Positions 26,196 through 40,345 of a DNA stretch of 64,000 bases are shown here, in pieces. The stretch is from Octopus vulgaris. Its lineage: Eukaryota. The position numbers and the translations under genes were made by a program. The first letter of the stretch is position 1, and every line of letters begins with the position of its first letter. The DNA lies in the NCBI GenBank assembly GCA_951406725.2, contig OX597821.1:39990001-40054000 (forward strand), read 5' to 3'. Below the pieces are notes generated by a model. It ran no database searches and was not told where the DNA came from. It saw only the letters and a list, made by a program, of their open reading frames with translations.

Positions 26196-26899
26196 TGAAA
26201 ATATAAAAAGGGGAAACAGCAACTGATTCTCTATCACTAAGCCCGCTCACTTGATGTTATTATGAAAGAATGCCTGGCAGCCATATTCAATATGGCCAGA
26301 AAATATTTTCTTCTCCGACTGTTTTTGTCGATATTGAAATCTGCAATTTCTAGCATCCAAAGAATCTACCCATAATGCAACATTAAATATCTATATTCAC
26401 ATGAATAAACATATTTCATGCATTTTGAGTAAAATTCTAAACCAGAATAGTGTTTTGAGTTGTCAGTTCTTTGAGGAATATATGCACATTCCTTTTGTGT
26501 ATTTCAGTACAGATATTTTGTGTGGAAGATTTTTGAGGAATTCTTTTTTTTTATTTTGCAGTTTCTGAAACAAATTATGGTAAAAGCAGAATGATTCTGC
26601 TTCTTTTCAAATGATATTTTATTATCATGTAAAATGTACATGTGTGTGTGTGGGGGTGTATAGTGTGTGTGTGTGTGTGTGTGTGTGTGTAGTGTGTGTG
26701 TCTGTGTGTATGCTTGTGCACATATATACATTATGAGTATTCACACACACAAACACACACACACTTATGCATATATATTTACAAATATTTACTCATGTAT
26801 GTATACATTTTTTACTAATATATAGACATACATACATATTCATAGATACATGTATGCATCTACATGTACATATCTGTATATACATAGAGACATGTATCT

Positions 26900-26980
<81 letters not shown>

Positions 26981-27599
26981 TATGTGTGTGTATATAGTAC
27001 GCATATATATATATATGTATACTATGGATCCCACATGTATATACATGCATACATATGTATATGTATATTCATACACACACACACACACACACAGACAAGC
27101 AGTTTTTCCAAGAAATGTTGCAAATAAAATAAACAGTGTGTTGCATATTCTTCAAAGACTACTCATAGAAATATATGGCTGCATCAATACTTGGGGTACT
27201 TCAGTGGTAGAGACCAAACTCTCTACATCTTTATTGTTTTGCTACCTGATTAAGGAATTCCAATCCATAAGGTGCTTATTGGTAATCTCTTAAAAATACT
27301 GTTTTATCTGATTGTGATGAGAGGGATACGGAAGCTTTAGCTGATTGATGGCTATCATGAGAAAAGCGGGGAAGAAAATGGGAGGGAAAGGATCAAGAGA
27401 AAGAGATTGAGTGAGTGAGAGAGAAAGAGAGAGAGGGATGGGACAGAGTGAGAGGAACAGAGATTGAGGGAAGGAGGAAAGAGAAGGAAATGAGAAAGAG
27501 AGCATGCATGAAAGAAAAAGAGAGAAATAAAATGCAAATGACAGAAAAATAGTGTAATGAGATGTAAGAAAATATCAATATATATACATCAGCACCATC

Positions 27600-27883
27600 G
27601 TCGTCATCATCATTGTTTAGCATCCATCTTCCATGCATGCATGGGTAGGATGGTTCACAGAAGTTGGCCAGGTAGAAAAACTACCTTAGGCTACTGTGCC
27701 TGTTTTGACAGGGTTTTTTACTCCTGGATGCCCTTCCTTACGCCAACCACTCTGCAGAGTTGGGAAGGGCATCCTGCTGTAGAAATCTCACCAGAACAGA
27801 TTGGAGTCTGGTGCAGCCACTTGGCTTGCCAGTCCTCAGTCAAACCATCCAACCCATGCCAGCATGGAAAGTGGACGTTAAAC

Positions 27884-27915
<32 letters not shown>
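27600..27915. mobile_element. Two family C tails in divergent (inverted) orientation
   Basis: Minus-strand tail 27600-27760 joined to plus-strand tail 27760-27915. Confidence 0.75.
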
Positions 27916-27917
<2 letters not shown>

Positions 27918-28111
27918 TGTTGTGTGTGTGTCTGGTGATGAAAACAGGAAAAATAGAACTGAAAATGTGAGTGAAAATGTATGTATATATATATATATAT
28001 ATATATATACATACACACACACACACATATACATACATATATGCATATATATATATTTTGTTTTGGGATTTGGCTTGCAAGTTTCTTTATGTGAGTTCGT
28101 GTGTTGAAGCA

Positions 28112-28350
28112 TATTCTGTTGTGTCTGGGGAGAGTCATTTTCATTTTGTGCCTTATAATTTAACACACTCACTGGTAAAATTTCCCCTTTTTTTCTTCTT
28201 TTTATTTTCCTAAAAGTCATGACTATTGAAAGGTTGGAAGATGCAACGAAAATTTTAGGAAAACAAAAATAAGGAATAAGTGGAAATTTTACTGGTGAAT
28301 GTGATAAATTATAAGGCACAAAAAGAAAATGACTCTCCCCAGACACAACA

Positions 28351-28355
<5 letters not shown>
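28112..28355. mobile_element. MITE with about 75-bp terminal inverted repeats
   Basis: ctgttgtgtctggggagagtcattttc...gtgccttataattt vs aaattataaggcac...gaaaatgactctccccagacacaacag; abuts a (TA)n tract. Confidence 0.85.
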
Positions 28356-28389
<34 letters not shown>

Positions 28390-28640
28390 CTCTGCCAAAA
28401 CAGACACAGAAGTCAGGTGCAGGATCCTGAAACCATCCAACCCATGCCAGCATATAAGCTGGATGTTAAATGATGATGATGATCATCATCATCATTGCTC
28501 TAAACACTCATGTCTGTCTGATGATGGGTTATATGACACTTTGAGTCACACTTTGTAAAGTGTTTTCAGCTTCAAAAAGTACATTATTTTACCTTGCAGT
28601 ATTTCGATCCCATTTTCTCCACTTTGTATATATATATATC

Positions 28641-28672
<32 letters not shown>

Positions 28673-30105
28673 TACAAAAGGGGGAGAAAAGGTAATAGTC
28701 AAAGGGACTACGTTGAATGTTACAAATAAAGGAATATGAAGGTGAGGGGGAGAAAGAGGGAAGAATGTTGCAGGAGATAAAAGAGAGAGTGAGAGGGAGA
28801 GAAAGTTATAAGGAAGAGATAAAGGATAATAGAGAGAGAAAACAATAGAAAGAGAGAGAGAGAGAGAGTATGGATTTAGTGGAGTAAGAGAGAGAAACAT
28901 AAAGAATGATTAAGAAAATGAGGGGAGGAGAAATTTTAAATAGGAAAGAGGGAAATAAAGAGAGGAATATTTATAGTAGAGAGAAAGAGTGAGTCATAGA
29001 AAGAGGGTAAAGAATGTGGGTGGGAGGGAATGGTGAATAATGGTGAAGTAGCAGTGGTGACAATGAACCTTAAAGTCTTTTATAATCCCTCTAATACAAG
29101 AAATGTTTTATTAAATGAGCTGCCTTGTGCTTGTTCGTGGCCAGTGAAATAAACTTTGTCTATCTTGTTGGGATGTAGTGGAAGGAATGGAAATCAAGTG
29201 GAATGAAGTAAAGGAATTCAATTAAGGCAGTGATAAATACAGAATGAGTTGAAAGACAGCCAAATGATGTGATGCGATCACAAAGATAGGAGGTGGAGGA
29301 GGAGGCTTTGAAAGGGAAGTATGTCAAAACCTACATTTAATTACAATAAATTAAATCTTCGAATTGCTTGAAACGGTGGCTGACATGTCTTACAATGTTT
29401 TCTCAATTCCACCCCACCACTACCACCACTACCTTTGCCATGACAATCTCCATGACCGACACCATCACCACCACACAAAAGGTAAAAGAAAAGTCTTTTT
29501 TTTTTTTCTTTTTCTTTACCATAAAATTTCTGCAATGGGAATCCAGTTGACAAATATGGTTTGGTTCCACAAGTGTTTTCTTTGCTGATAATATTACAGG
29601 AGTTTAAGCTTTGCCTTTGTGTAAAATCTCTAATAGACTGACGTCTTGCTAATAACAGCCCTTGAATGAAGGCCTGCAGACAATTAAAAGATGCTATTGC
29701 CAGGAATATGGCACAATCAAAGCCAAACACCCAGTTAATCTCTGACAGTTGTTAATGATATCTAAATTAAATCCTTCCATTTATCTTCATATCCATCATT
29801 ATACAAATCTGAAGAAGATAACCCAGTTTGATAGTCGGTGTCGTTGTTATTCTTGTTGATAATGTTGTTCTTCATGTTATGCTGGTGCTGCTGCTGCCGA
29901 TGATGATGATGATGATGATGTTGATGACAATGGTAATAATGATGATATCATCACCCCGAAAAATGATGACAACAATAATGACTTTTGATGATGATGATGA
30001 TGATGAGGAGGAGGATGACTATGACACCGCTGCCACCAACATTGATAGCAATAATGATGCGGAGGAGGCTTATCCCCAAAGTAAACCTTGATTGAGGAGA
30101 CGACT

Positions 30106-30139
30106 TGATCATAGGTCATAGGTGAGAGGTCACAGGGCA
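30106..30139 (+). promoter_or_regulatory. Tandem DR1 nuclear-receptor half-site array (candidate)
   Basis: tgatca t AGGTCA t AGGTGA g AGGTCA c AGGGCA in 7-bp register. Confidence 0.4.
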
Positions 30140-33100
30140 TGTGTTGATTGGATGCAATCAACAGGTCATTTTTCCCAGATATCTCTTACATCTGTCAAGT
30201 AGAAAACCAGGTTTTGGTATTTGTATAATTTGACCCTTGGACCAGTTCAGATTGAGAAAATGTATTGACTATGCCTTCTCCATTTGCTTAGCATATCCAG
30301 AAATACATGATTAAATGTATTATTCCTTATTCAGTATGACAGGTCATGATTAAAGTGTGAGCTGGCAGACTTGTTAGCCCACTGGGCAAAATATTTAACA
30401 ACATTTCATTTGTCTTTATATTTTGAGTTCAAATTCCACCAGGGCAAGCTTCACCTTTTTTCCTTCCAGGGTTGATAAAAAAAGGATCAGTTGAGGTAGT
30501 GGGGCTCTGAAAGGGGTTTCATGGAGTAGCATCCCTGCCTTCTTGAGCTAGTTTCCCACCACATTTCTTAAAATTCATGGCAGAGACCTTGGTCTTGGGA
30601 CCACTCATGTCTAGAAACTGAGGTTGGGGGTAAGCAAGGGCATGCTCCCCATAGAAAATCCAGTTCCAGAAAAGCCTTATGATAGCAAAGGAGGATGGGC
30701 ACCAGCCAGCCAGCCAGCCCAAAGGTTAAGGTGGGCTGCACCTGCCTAACTTGGTTGCTATGGCATTGAGGTAGATCTGGCCACCCTTGTTAACAGGAAT
30801 GATGCTGTATATTCTTTGCAGGTGTAAGTAATTTATGTCCCAAACATAAATCATTGATGTTTAAGCTATGAAATTTTAACAACAATAATTAAATACTTCA
30901 AGAAATCTTTGGAATTGGAAACACAGTTAATAATATTTGTTATAAACTGTGAAGAATTAAATATAATTCTTTTTTAGTGTTAGCTTACATAGCATAAATT
31001 AAGATAATTTTTAATGAGTGTCAGGAATGTAAATCTCAAAGATTTTTGGTTACTTGTTTGTTGTTATGTGAAGGTGTGTGGCCCGGTTACACACATAAAA
31101 CAGGATCTCTCTGCTTTCCTTCAAGCTGATTATGTCTACATATTTTGTCTTGAAAAACACCTTTTTTACTGAATCCTTTCAAAAGTTTGTGAAATGAATC
31201 TTATTTGGGATGCACTCCAGCCTATCAGGTATAAGAGGCTGAAAATGTAGCTCTTTAGAATAATATCTGGAAAACTGGAATCAAATCAGTTAATTTTTTT
31301 TAACGGGTTGACCCATAAAATAAGGTTCAATTGAAAAGTTTTGAAACATGACAAGAGTCAACTTTTCTGCTAGTATTGAAATAAAACATCAGGATTCGTA
31401 TAACACAACTTTGCATGAAGGCCTACTGCATTATAATCTTCTCGAAACAGAAATGTCCTCACTCAGTCTGTAGGTTATGCCAATCTAATCATTGTTTTAT
31501 CTTCATTAATTTACGACTCTACATTTATTGTTAATTGCTTTGTTGCAACATGGATTTGATAACTTTTTATTCCTTAAAATATTGTTTCAAAATCCTGTAT
31601 CGCAGCCTGATTTCTTAGTCTTTTACCAAAACACTATACTAAAAAATGAGAGAAGTACTTCGTTTTTGGCAAACGGAATGGTATATCTGACATGTCACTT
31701 TGCACCAAACTTCATCACTTTATCAGTGATTTGATAATGACCATTCTTCCTTTATAAAGAATGGTTTGTCCCAGGATTTATAGCTTTTAAAAATAGTAAG
31801 GATCAGATTATGCTGCTGTGACACTGGGAAATGAAATGATTGCATCAAATGGCCAATTCTTATTCTTGAACTTCTGACACTGAGGTAAACATTATGGCAT
31901 CTTAAAATCCCTATGCTTTAGTTAATAGTAGTTGAGATGTTAAAGATTGGATGGGAGTTACAGAGAAATGGAGTTCTCAGCAAAGGATGGACTTTTTTTT
32001 TACATTTAGCTGCCTTATCTAGAAAATAACACTGATTATAGATGTTACGAGAAAGATGTGGTTGGTATATCTAAATAAGAGAGAGCTGCAGTAAAAAAAA
32101 AAAGGAACAAGAAAATATGCCATTTAGTAAGACAGGATTTTTACAGAAAGGATTCTTGACTTGGCAGGTCTTTTATATATTTATATATTCATTTATTTAT
32201 TTTATACAAAATGGTGTTGCAATGCTGATGGAAATACTAAACAACGCTAGCACAGTATTGCATTATGAGATATAAAACTGTATAAAGGCTTAAGGAATCG
32301 ATAAACCAAAGGCCATTGGTTCAAACTCTGTGAACAGTCATTGCTGATGTCTTCAGAGTTAATATATTCACTAGAAAATATATGCAATGGATTCAACTTT
32401 TACAGAGGTTGGTTCTCTTTATATATAAACACAGACACATCCATGTCATTGAGTTGTTTACTTCACAACCATGGGGTTCTGGGTTCAATCTCATTGTGTG
32501 GTAACTTGGACAACTAGAGATACATGTTGGCCAATTGTAGATTGAAACTCTTTGTGTGTGTGTGTGTGTGACTGTGAATATGTGCAAACTCATGTGCTTA
32601 TGTGTAAGATTGTGTGTGTTTTTATCACTTTTTCCTTTTGGCTTGGTATGGAGGGAGGCAGAGCTGTGGCCATATTCTTAAAGAAAAGCCCACCATTCTG
32701 GAAAGGAAGGAATGTGTGTAGTGGTCAGTACTGGACAAAACAAAACCTCAAGGAGCATTATAGTTGAAAGTGTATAAATGAGAAAGAGAGAGAGAAAGAA
32801 AGAACGAGAGAGAGAGAGAGATTTTTCAAGGCATGTGCAGTTGTGCCCTCTGATAGGAAGCCATGAACTATGTGCCTTTATATCAAAAATGTAACTTAGC
32901 TATTCAATAAATAAAAATTGATAAAATGAATTCTAGGAGCAAACAACGTGGCCCAATATGGTTGCAAAACAGTTAAAGAATAATATTTAAGCAAGCATTT
33001 TGTTGGTTTAGAAGCCAAAGAAAAAGAAAACTGGGGAACCCAACATTTTCTTGAATACTAATTGCCAATAAAAATCCCTTTTTATTCAGTTTCTTCTGTC

Positions 33101-33737
33101 AACAAAATCTTTACACCCTTCCCATAATAAATATAGAAAGAATCACCATAATTCGTAGTCCTGTACATTTCATGTTAACATTATATTAAAGGAAAATCTG
33201 CTGTCAATGCCTCGTGGTTGTTCTGCCTCTTCAGTTTAAAGATTGTTTCTCCCTCAACAGAAATATCTACTGTCTTTATTATCAGAACCTCATATTTTAA
33301 ATGTTAGATTGCGGATTAAAGGCTGGAACTTCCTGGCTAGAACACCGATCAAAGAAATTCCAAGAATTCTTGTTAATAGCACATTCTGAAGAGATGCCCT
33401 GAAAGTCTCAATTTAATTATAAAGAAACAAAATTAATTACTTTGTGACAAGGAAAATAGATATGAAAAACTGTAAGCATTATAGGGAATAATGTTATAGA
33501 GATGTGTGCAAGCAACACAGAGTAAGGTAGTTTAATTATATTGACATGGTCAAACATTTTATTCAAAGGCAGTTAATTTTGGCTGATATTGGAACTTTTG
33601 GGATTCAGCTATTAGTTTACATTATAACTGCCTGTAGCTATGATCTATCTATATTCTTGGCTAAACAAGGCAACGAAATTCCAATTCAGTTTTGTGAAAT
33701 ATATCTACAGCCATACTATATTGTTATGACTCTTTAA

Positions 33738-33950
33738 GACGGTGATCTGGCAGAAATGTTAGCATGCCAGACTGGATGCTTGGCAGCATTTTGTCCATTT
33801 CTACATTCTGAGTTCAAGTTCTGTTGAGATCGACTTTGTCTTTCATCCTTTCAGGGTTGATAAAAAGAAGTACAGTGAAGTTCTGGGGTTGATGTAATTG
33901 ACTCTCCCCTCCCCTCAAAACTACAGGCTGAGTGCCAAAATTTGAACCAT
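33738..33950 (+). mobile_element. SINE family B, older copy
   Basis: gacggtgatctggcagaaatgttagc...gatcgactttgtctttcatcctttcagggttgataaaa. Confidence 0.8.
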
Positions 33951-34141
33951 TTTAGCAGAAACATGGCTGAAGAAAACATTGAGACTTGAAATAATTACTC
34001 TATGAATGTTGGTCCCTGCTTTTATCATAGAAATGAATGGGCATATATTACATGGATGTACTTTACCCTTTTTCTGCATTTAGCTATAATTTTATTACAT
34101 TTTATCCTTTAATTACAGTTAAGCATATAGTGATATGATGT

Positions 34142-34455
34142 GGAGGCACACGGCCTAGTAGTTAGAGCAGTGGACTCGCGGTTAAAGGATTGCGGGTTCG
34201 AATTTCAGGCCCGGTGATGTGTGTGTTTTTAAGCAAAACACCTAAGCTCCATGTGGCTCTGGCAGAAGGTAATGGGAAACTTCTGCTGACTCTTTCACCA
34301 CAAATTTCTCTCACTCTTTCCTCCTGATTCTAGCAGCGATTCTGTGACAGACCAGTGTCCCATCCAGGTGGGGAACCTATATGCCAATGAAACTGGGAAA
34401 CCGGCTCTTATGAGCCAAGCATGGCTTGAGAAGGAACAAACAACTAACAACAACA
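34142..34455 (+). mobile_element. tRNA(Arg)-like SINE family D
   Basis: A box cggcctagtagttag, B box gggttcgaattt, gtcccatccagg V-like segment, (aac)n tail; related to 58325-58572. Confidence 0.8.
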
Positions 34456-34916
34456 TATAGTGATAAAGAATACTTTCCAATAAAACTCACAATATTATAT
34501 TAACTTGCATCTCAATACTCTCCAATATCAAGCCCAAAGACATGCAGTGTTTTGTTTCTGAATTTCCTGTCGTCCCTATTATAATAGATTTTTCTCTTTG
34601 GGACTAGTAAGTCTCATACCACTGTTCATCAGGCACCTCCAACTCACTTACTGGAACAATTCTATGGAAATAACAAGGATTAACATTCGTAGATGAACTA
34701 CTTCAAGTCTTAAACTCTTCATCAACTATCTTATGCCAAACAGTACAAGATTTTGTTCTTATGATATAGATCTCTAAAGATATATTATACCAAATTGTTT
34801 AGGATTTTAGTTAGGAAGTTGCTCAGAGTCTTAGCTACAGGTAGAGTATAATGTAAACTGACAGTTCTATCCCAACTGCTAAAAGTTCTTTTTAATTATT
34901 TTTATCTCTCATATTA

Positions 34917-35337
34917 GGCGCAGGAGTGGCTGTGTGGTAAGTAGCTTGCTTACCAACCACATGGTTCCGGGTTCAGTCCCACTGCGTGGCACCTTGGGCA
35001 AGTGTCTTCTACTATAGCCCCGGGCCGACCAATGCCTTATGAGTGGATTTGGTAGATGGAAACTGAAAGAAGCCCATCGTATATATGTATATATATATAT
35101 ATGTGTGTGTGTGTATGTGTGTGTGTTTGTGTGTCTGTATTTGTCCCTCCAACATCGCTTGACAACCGATGCAGGTGTGTTTATGTCCCTGTCACTTAGC
35201 GGTTTGGCAAAAGAGACCAATAGAATAAGTACTGGGCTTACAAAGAATAAGTCCCGGGGTCGATTTGCTCGACTAAAGGCGGTGCTCCAGCATGGCCACA
35301 GTCAAGTGGCTGAAACAAGTAAAGAGAGTAAAGAGTA
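34917..35337 (+). mobile_element. SINE family A (CORE-like), full-length young copy
   Basis: ggcgcaggagtggctgtgtggtaag A box, gggttcagtccc B box, accttgggcaagt CORE-like motif, internal microsatellite, (agtaaag)n tail. Confidence 0.92.
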
Positions 35338-36532
35338 TTATGCTCATCTCTTCCTTACACTATGCTGCTAAGCTCAGTTCTTTCTTCCCAGAAGCTATTC
35401 CTCTGAAATACCCTTTTTGCTCATATTTTTCCTGCAGTCATTATTTGGTAAATATTCCAAAGGAAACTTAACCACATCAACTTTGATGGTTCTGGGGTGC
35501 CAACATAGACCACAGGCACAACATCTTCCAAATCAAACTAATATTGAAATATGAAGCCATATATTAGAAGAATGGTGATGCTTTCTTTTGTCAATGTGAA
35601 GTTCAGTCAAGTTAAACTGATGTTGTTTGTGTGTCATGAGAAGATAAAGAATTCTAAAATGTTATTGGGTGGGAATTTATTCATTAAAAATGGCTCAGCA
35701 TTTATAAACATGTATTAAGGTGAGGATGTGGAGCATAGCAAAGCTACTTGCCTCTTTAATAGCTCTGAATGGATTTAACCCAAAAATAAACTCCAAAAAT
35801 TTGTGAAATGGATTTCACCACTGAAGAACTTATCAATAATGCAAAATATTAAGAATGTTATCTTGCTCTTAATACTTTATCATAATGTGCTACGAATATT
35901 TATCAAGCCAAGAGACAAAAATTCTAGGTTAATCAAGCCATTCTTTGAAAACTCAAAGCAGTAATTTGTAAGGTACCAAATCGGTTGTCAATTATTCAGA
36001 GTAATTTGGCACTCTCCTATTAAGGTATTAAGTTCTTTCTTAGTTGATTTATTATGATGTTTTTACAGCATTGCAGCTTCTACATTCCCTAAAGACATTC
36101 GTAAGATGGGAAATGCGATATAGAAATGGCAAAGTATGTTTGAAGTTTACGCCATTTCAAAATCCAGTGCATTACTGATGAGATAAGAATGCTATGCTGA
36201 GCTACAAAGTTAAAATGGTAATTTAAATAATATATCAGAATCTTAAGTAAAATTGTCTTTTATGGGAACCAATTACATCGCATTTGATTTCTTAGTACCT
36301 TCCTGATGTCCCTTAATATCAATAGCAGCAATAAATGCTGGTAATAATATCCTGAACTTTTAAATCTTTTCTTATTAATTGGATCTTAAGAAAGGAATTT
36401 CATTCGAAAGCAAGATAGGTAGAATTTCCTCTCATTTGTAATTACATTACATGCAATATTTAGCACAGCTATTTCACAAAATTAGACAACATTCACACAC
36501 ACATTATTTCTCTCTCCCTCTGTGCCTCTCAT

Positions 36533-36596
<64 letters not shown>

Positions 36597-39500
36597 ACAC
36601 ACACACACACATGTACATAACTACTTTTAGTTAATGTGTCAAAAGTAGAAGCAGTTACCTGACATTGCCAGCAGTAAATGTCATCGTTAACTAACCCCAA
36701 AGAGGAATTAACAGGATGTCTTATATGAAGAAGAATCTGTTATTTTAAAGAGATGCAATGGCTATCTGGTTAGGGTTCTAAACTACTACTAATCTAATTT
36801 GATGGGTTTCCTTGCATTCTGGCATTTAGATTGGTGGTGATTATACATTTGGTACTACTTTTGTTTTGTAGTTGAAAGTCCATCTGGTGGTACTTTGTTA
36901 TATTTTGGTGACCAGGCTGCAGGGACCTAAATTATAGCTTGACCCCTAACCGTTCAGATTAGTCTGTCAAATGTAATGCATTTGTTTTGAAATTAATCAG
37001 GCATTATCTTGCAACTTTGAGATTTCCATTATGGCATCCTTTACTTTCAGTATGACATTGTAGCATAGGAGTAAGAGACTGTATTTGGTCAGTGTGAACA
37101 TAAAACAAATACAATATTATGGCTGGATTTAATCAATTTAAATACTGAAGTGTTAATACTGGTCACAAGCTTCAAACAATTTACTATGTCTCTTTGTCAA
37201 TACTTTATTAACACGGCTAATTCCAGTTCTCTTAGAATTATTAATGACTTGAAATGTTACCCACCGTATGACAGATAAGTTTGGAAGTTTTGTTTTGTTT
37301 TGTTTTACCACCCTGGGTAATATGAGGAAATGTGTCATACATACAATGACTATAATTCAACTTTTATCAAATTTCTTGGTGCTCTCAGAAGCAGAGGTGC
37401 ATGTTGTTGACTGCATTTTAGTTAAAGCAATAGCTTTAAATCTGTCCAGAGTTACCTCTCTTCAGTATTTTTCATTGATTCCAGCCATAGAATTAGAAAT
37501 GCAGTATCTAGGAATCTGACAGGGGGCATCACTAGACAGATGTGGTGTTTTTACACCATTTTACCATAAGATGAATTTTTCTTCATGGTAAATGGAGTGA
37601 ATTTGCCTTTAGAAGTTGAAATATGTCACAAACATATTTTAACTAACCTTAAAGTGTACTTATGACTGTTCGACACTGATACTGCTTTTTTTTTTGCTTT
37701 TTTAATGAAATTCATTGAATGAGCAGCTGGTCATGAAAGATATCTGTAGGGTTTTTAATTAATATAAGGTTTTGGAGAATAAGCTTTAAATCAATTAATA
37801 CTTTTAATATTTTTGTCTTTAAGCAATAAAAAGTACAGAAATGGTTTTTATAGCAACTGTGATTAATACAAATTTATTTTTAAAATTGATTTTTAAAATT
37901 CTTCCATACTGTATTACTATTATCCTTCTCACCTAAGAGTAAGTTTGTTTAATTAGTTAATCCAGAACACTATAAGAATTAACTATTTTGTTTTGTGCCT
38001 GGAACAATATTTTAATTGCTCTAGTTGAGAATGTTGGTTCCTAAGTAAGGAAAAAAAAGAAAGAATATTGACAAAAGTAAATTTCTAATTCCATAGTTTT
38101 TCAGGTTATTAAGTTGGTCAATGCAATTCTTCTTGTAACTATGACACACCAAATTTTACAAAGTGAAGAAGTCAAGGTTCTAACCCCACTCACACACACA
38201 TGCAACACATACCTACTTTTTTTATTTAAATTAGGAAAAAAAAAATTTCGTCTCCTTTAAATTGTTGTGTTTAGTAGCTATTTTAAAAATGAAAAAAATA
38301 GAAACAGCAAAACACTATCGATAATTTTTATTTTCTTATGAATTCCAGTGTGATATATTCCACAGAGATTTTATTGTTTCAAATTCATAATTATAACTTA
38401 TTTCTCAAAATGTCATGAGGATAATGTTTTTGTAATGACAAACAGTCTATTGGTGATGTTTGTTATTGCAATGATCAGTGGAAAAAATCCAAAAGTAATT
38501 GGTAACTAGTTAAAAATTGTTAACTGAAATTCTGTGATGCAATTAGACAACAAAACATGTGGATTATAGGAAGGTTCATTTTATTATGAAAGCTCAGTTT
38601 GAATACCAATATTTCTCAAGTCTGTGATACACATCTCCAAGTTCAAATGATGAAGAATTCAATTTTATTTCTTTTCTGCTTGAAAGTCAATGCATCTCAT
38701 TTTCATGATGGAATTACAAGATATCAAGAATGGAATCATAAATGTACCTTTTAGACAGACAACTTAACTCAACACATAAAGGTATGTTTCAGATATTGTA
38801 TAGATATGATTCAATTCCAGAGATTCTAGCAATGTTACACAATGTACCTGAATTTATGCCGGCAATTTTCTATTCCAGCATTATGAGCTTTGATGTAGCA
38901 GTATTAAGTGTGCTGGGTATATAAGGTACCTCATTCCACAGCACGTAAACCTTATTCTGTGTTATTGTCATTTTGGAACACAACAATGACCTGAATACTC
39001 ATTCCATTACCAAATGTTTTGGCACCAAGTCCTTACACAGTGATGTATATTGCCTCCATGTAAGTCTTTGGGTCCCTTTCTGTGACATGTGACAGTAGAA
39101 TTCTAGTGAAACTATATAACATGATGTACCAGATGAAGAATCACTGACAATCAAAGACATTTTTTTTTTGTACTGAATACTGGGTCCAAGCAGTCCAGAT
39201 ATCTATGGTATTAGTTGTTAGGAATTGGTCCCAGACTTTATCAAGAATGGTGGCCACCAACAATAATGCATTTGCGTGCTTTTCCTGGTTATGGTTATTG
39301 ATCAGGATAATAATAAGGTAAGATGATTCATGGTGGTGTATCAAAGTAACAAATATGGTAACTCGATTCAATCTCCAATGCATCGATTGCATTCCATTCA
39401 GAAAGACAGAAATGTAATTTTTGGTAAAATCTATTTCCAAGAAAGATTCCTCAGTGTTTGGTGCTGTGACACATGATTTATGGCCACCATAGACTTTATT

Positions 39501-40169
39501 TTGGTTGATCTTAATGAATTCAGGACAATTTTACTGGCAGTTCAATACTCACTTCATCAATGAATTCTTCTACAGTACCATTACAAATTTCTTTCATTAA
39601 GTTCTTGTCCTTTTTTCTCCATTTTTTGCCTCTGGATTACTTCTCTTTCCATCATCAAAGCTGATACCTTTCAATAATATTCCACCATTACATGATGAAC
39701 AGTCCTTCGTCATGAATATTTCATCTCAATCTCTGGAAGGAATTTACCCTGTAACTACAATAGCATTTTGAAATGTTTGCATTACAAACTTTCCAGCAAA
39801 AGAATTAAACCAGCCAGACATTAACATGCACACACATCTGTGGCATAGCTGGACAGAATGTTCCTCCTTGGGAAACCCTTGAATTTGTGCCTCTCCCTCA
39901 CAGTCCCACCTAGCTTATACAGGCTAGTGCAACAGACCCAAAAATGCCACCTACCCTCCTATAAAATCTTTATCTAAAGCAGATTGCCCTCTTCTCCCCT
40001 CCCCCCCAGCTATGCTACTGAAACTTAAGCAAGGCATTTGAGAGGAGAGCAACACATGTTGAATGTAATATGACAAACTTTGATTTTTTTTGTTATTCAT
40101 ACATTTGTCTTTGAGGAAGGGTTGGCACACTTCAAATACTATGAGTCAAATGTTTTTTCCCTTTTATCA

Positions 40170-40345
40170 TCATCCTCATTTAACGTCTGCTTTCCATGCT
40201 AGCATGGGTTGGACGATTTGACTGAGGACTGGCGAACCAGATAGCTGTGCCAGGCTCCAGTCTGATCTGGCAATGTTTATACAGCTGGATGCCCTTCCTA
40301 ATGCCAACCACTCCGAGAGTGCAGTGGGTGCTTTTATGTACCACC
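40170..40345 (-). mobile_element. Family C RTE-tail repeat
   Basis: Same consensus as 7005-7170. Confidence 0.85.

Noticed and set aside
31300-31740. Degenerate mariner-like remnant
   Set aside because: No paired inverted repeats or readable transposase motif.
35700-36250. Faint piggyBac transposase-like remnant
   Set aside because: Only two or three weak motif resemblances and no terminal repeats; cannot be supported by eye.
38900-39800. Faint hAT transposase-like words (ATILD, DIWT)
   Set aside because: Motif order is inconsistent with hAT and similarity is too weak.
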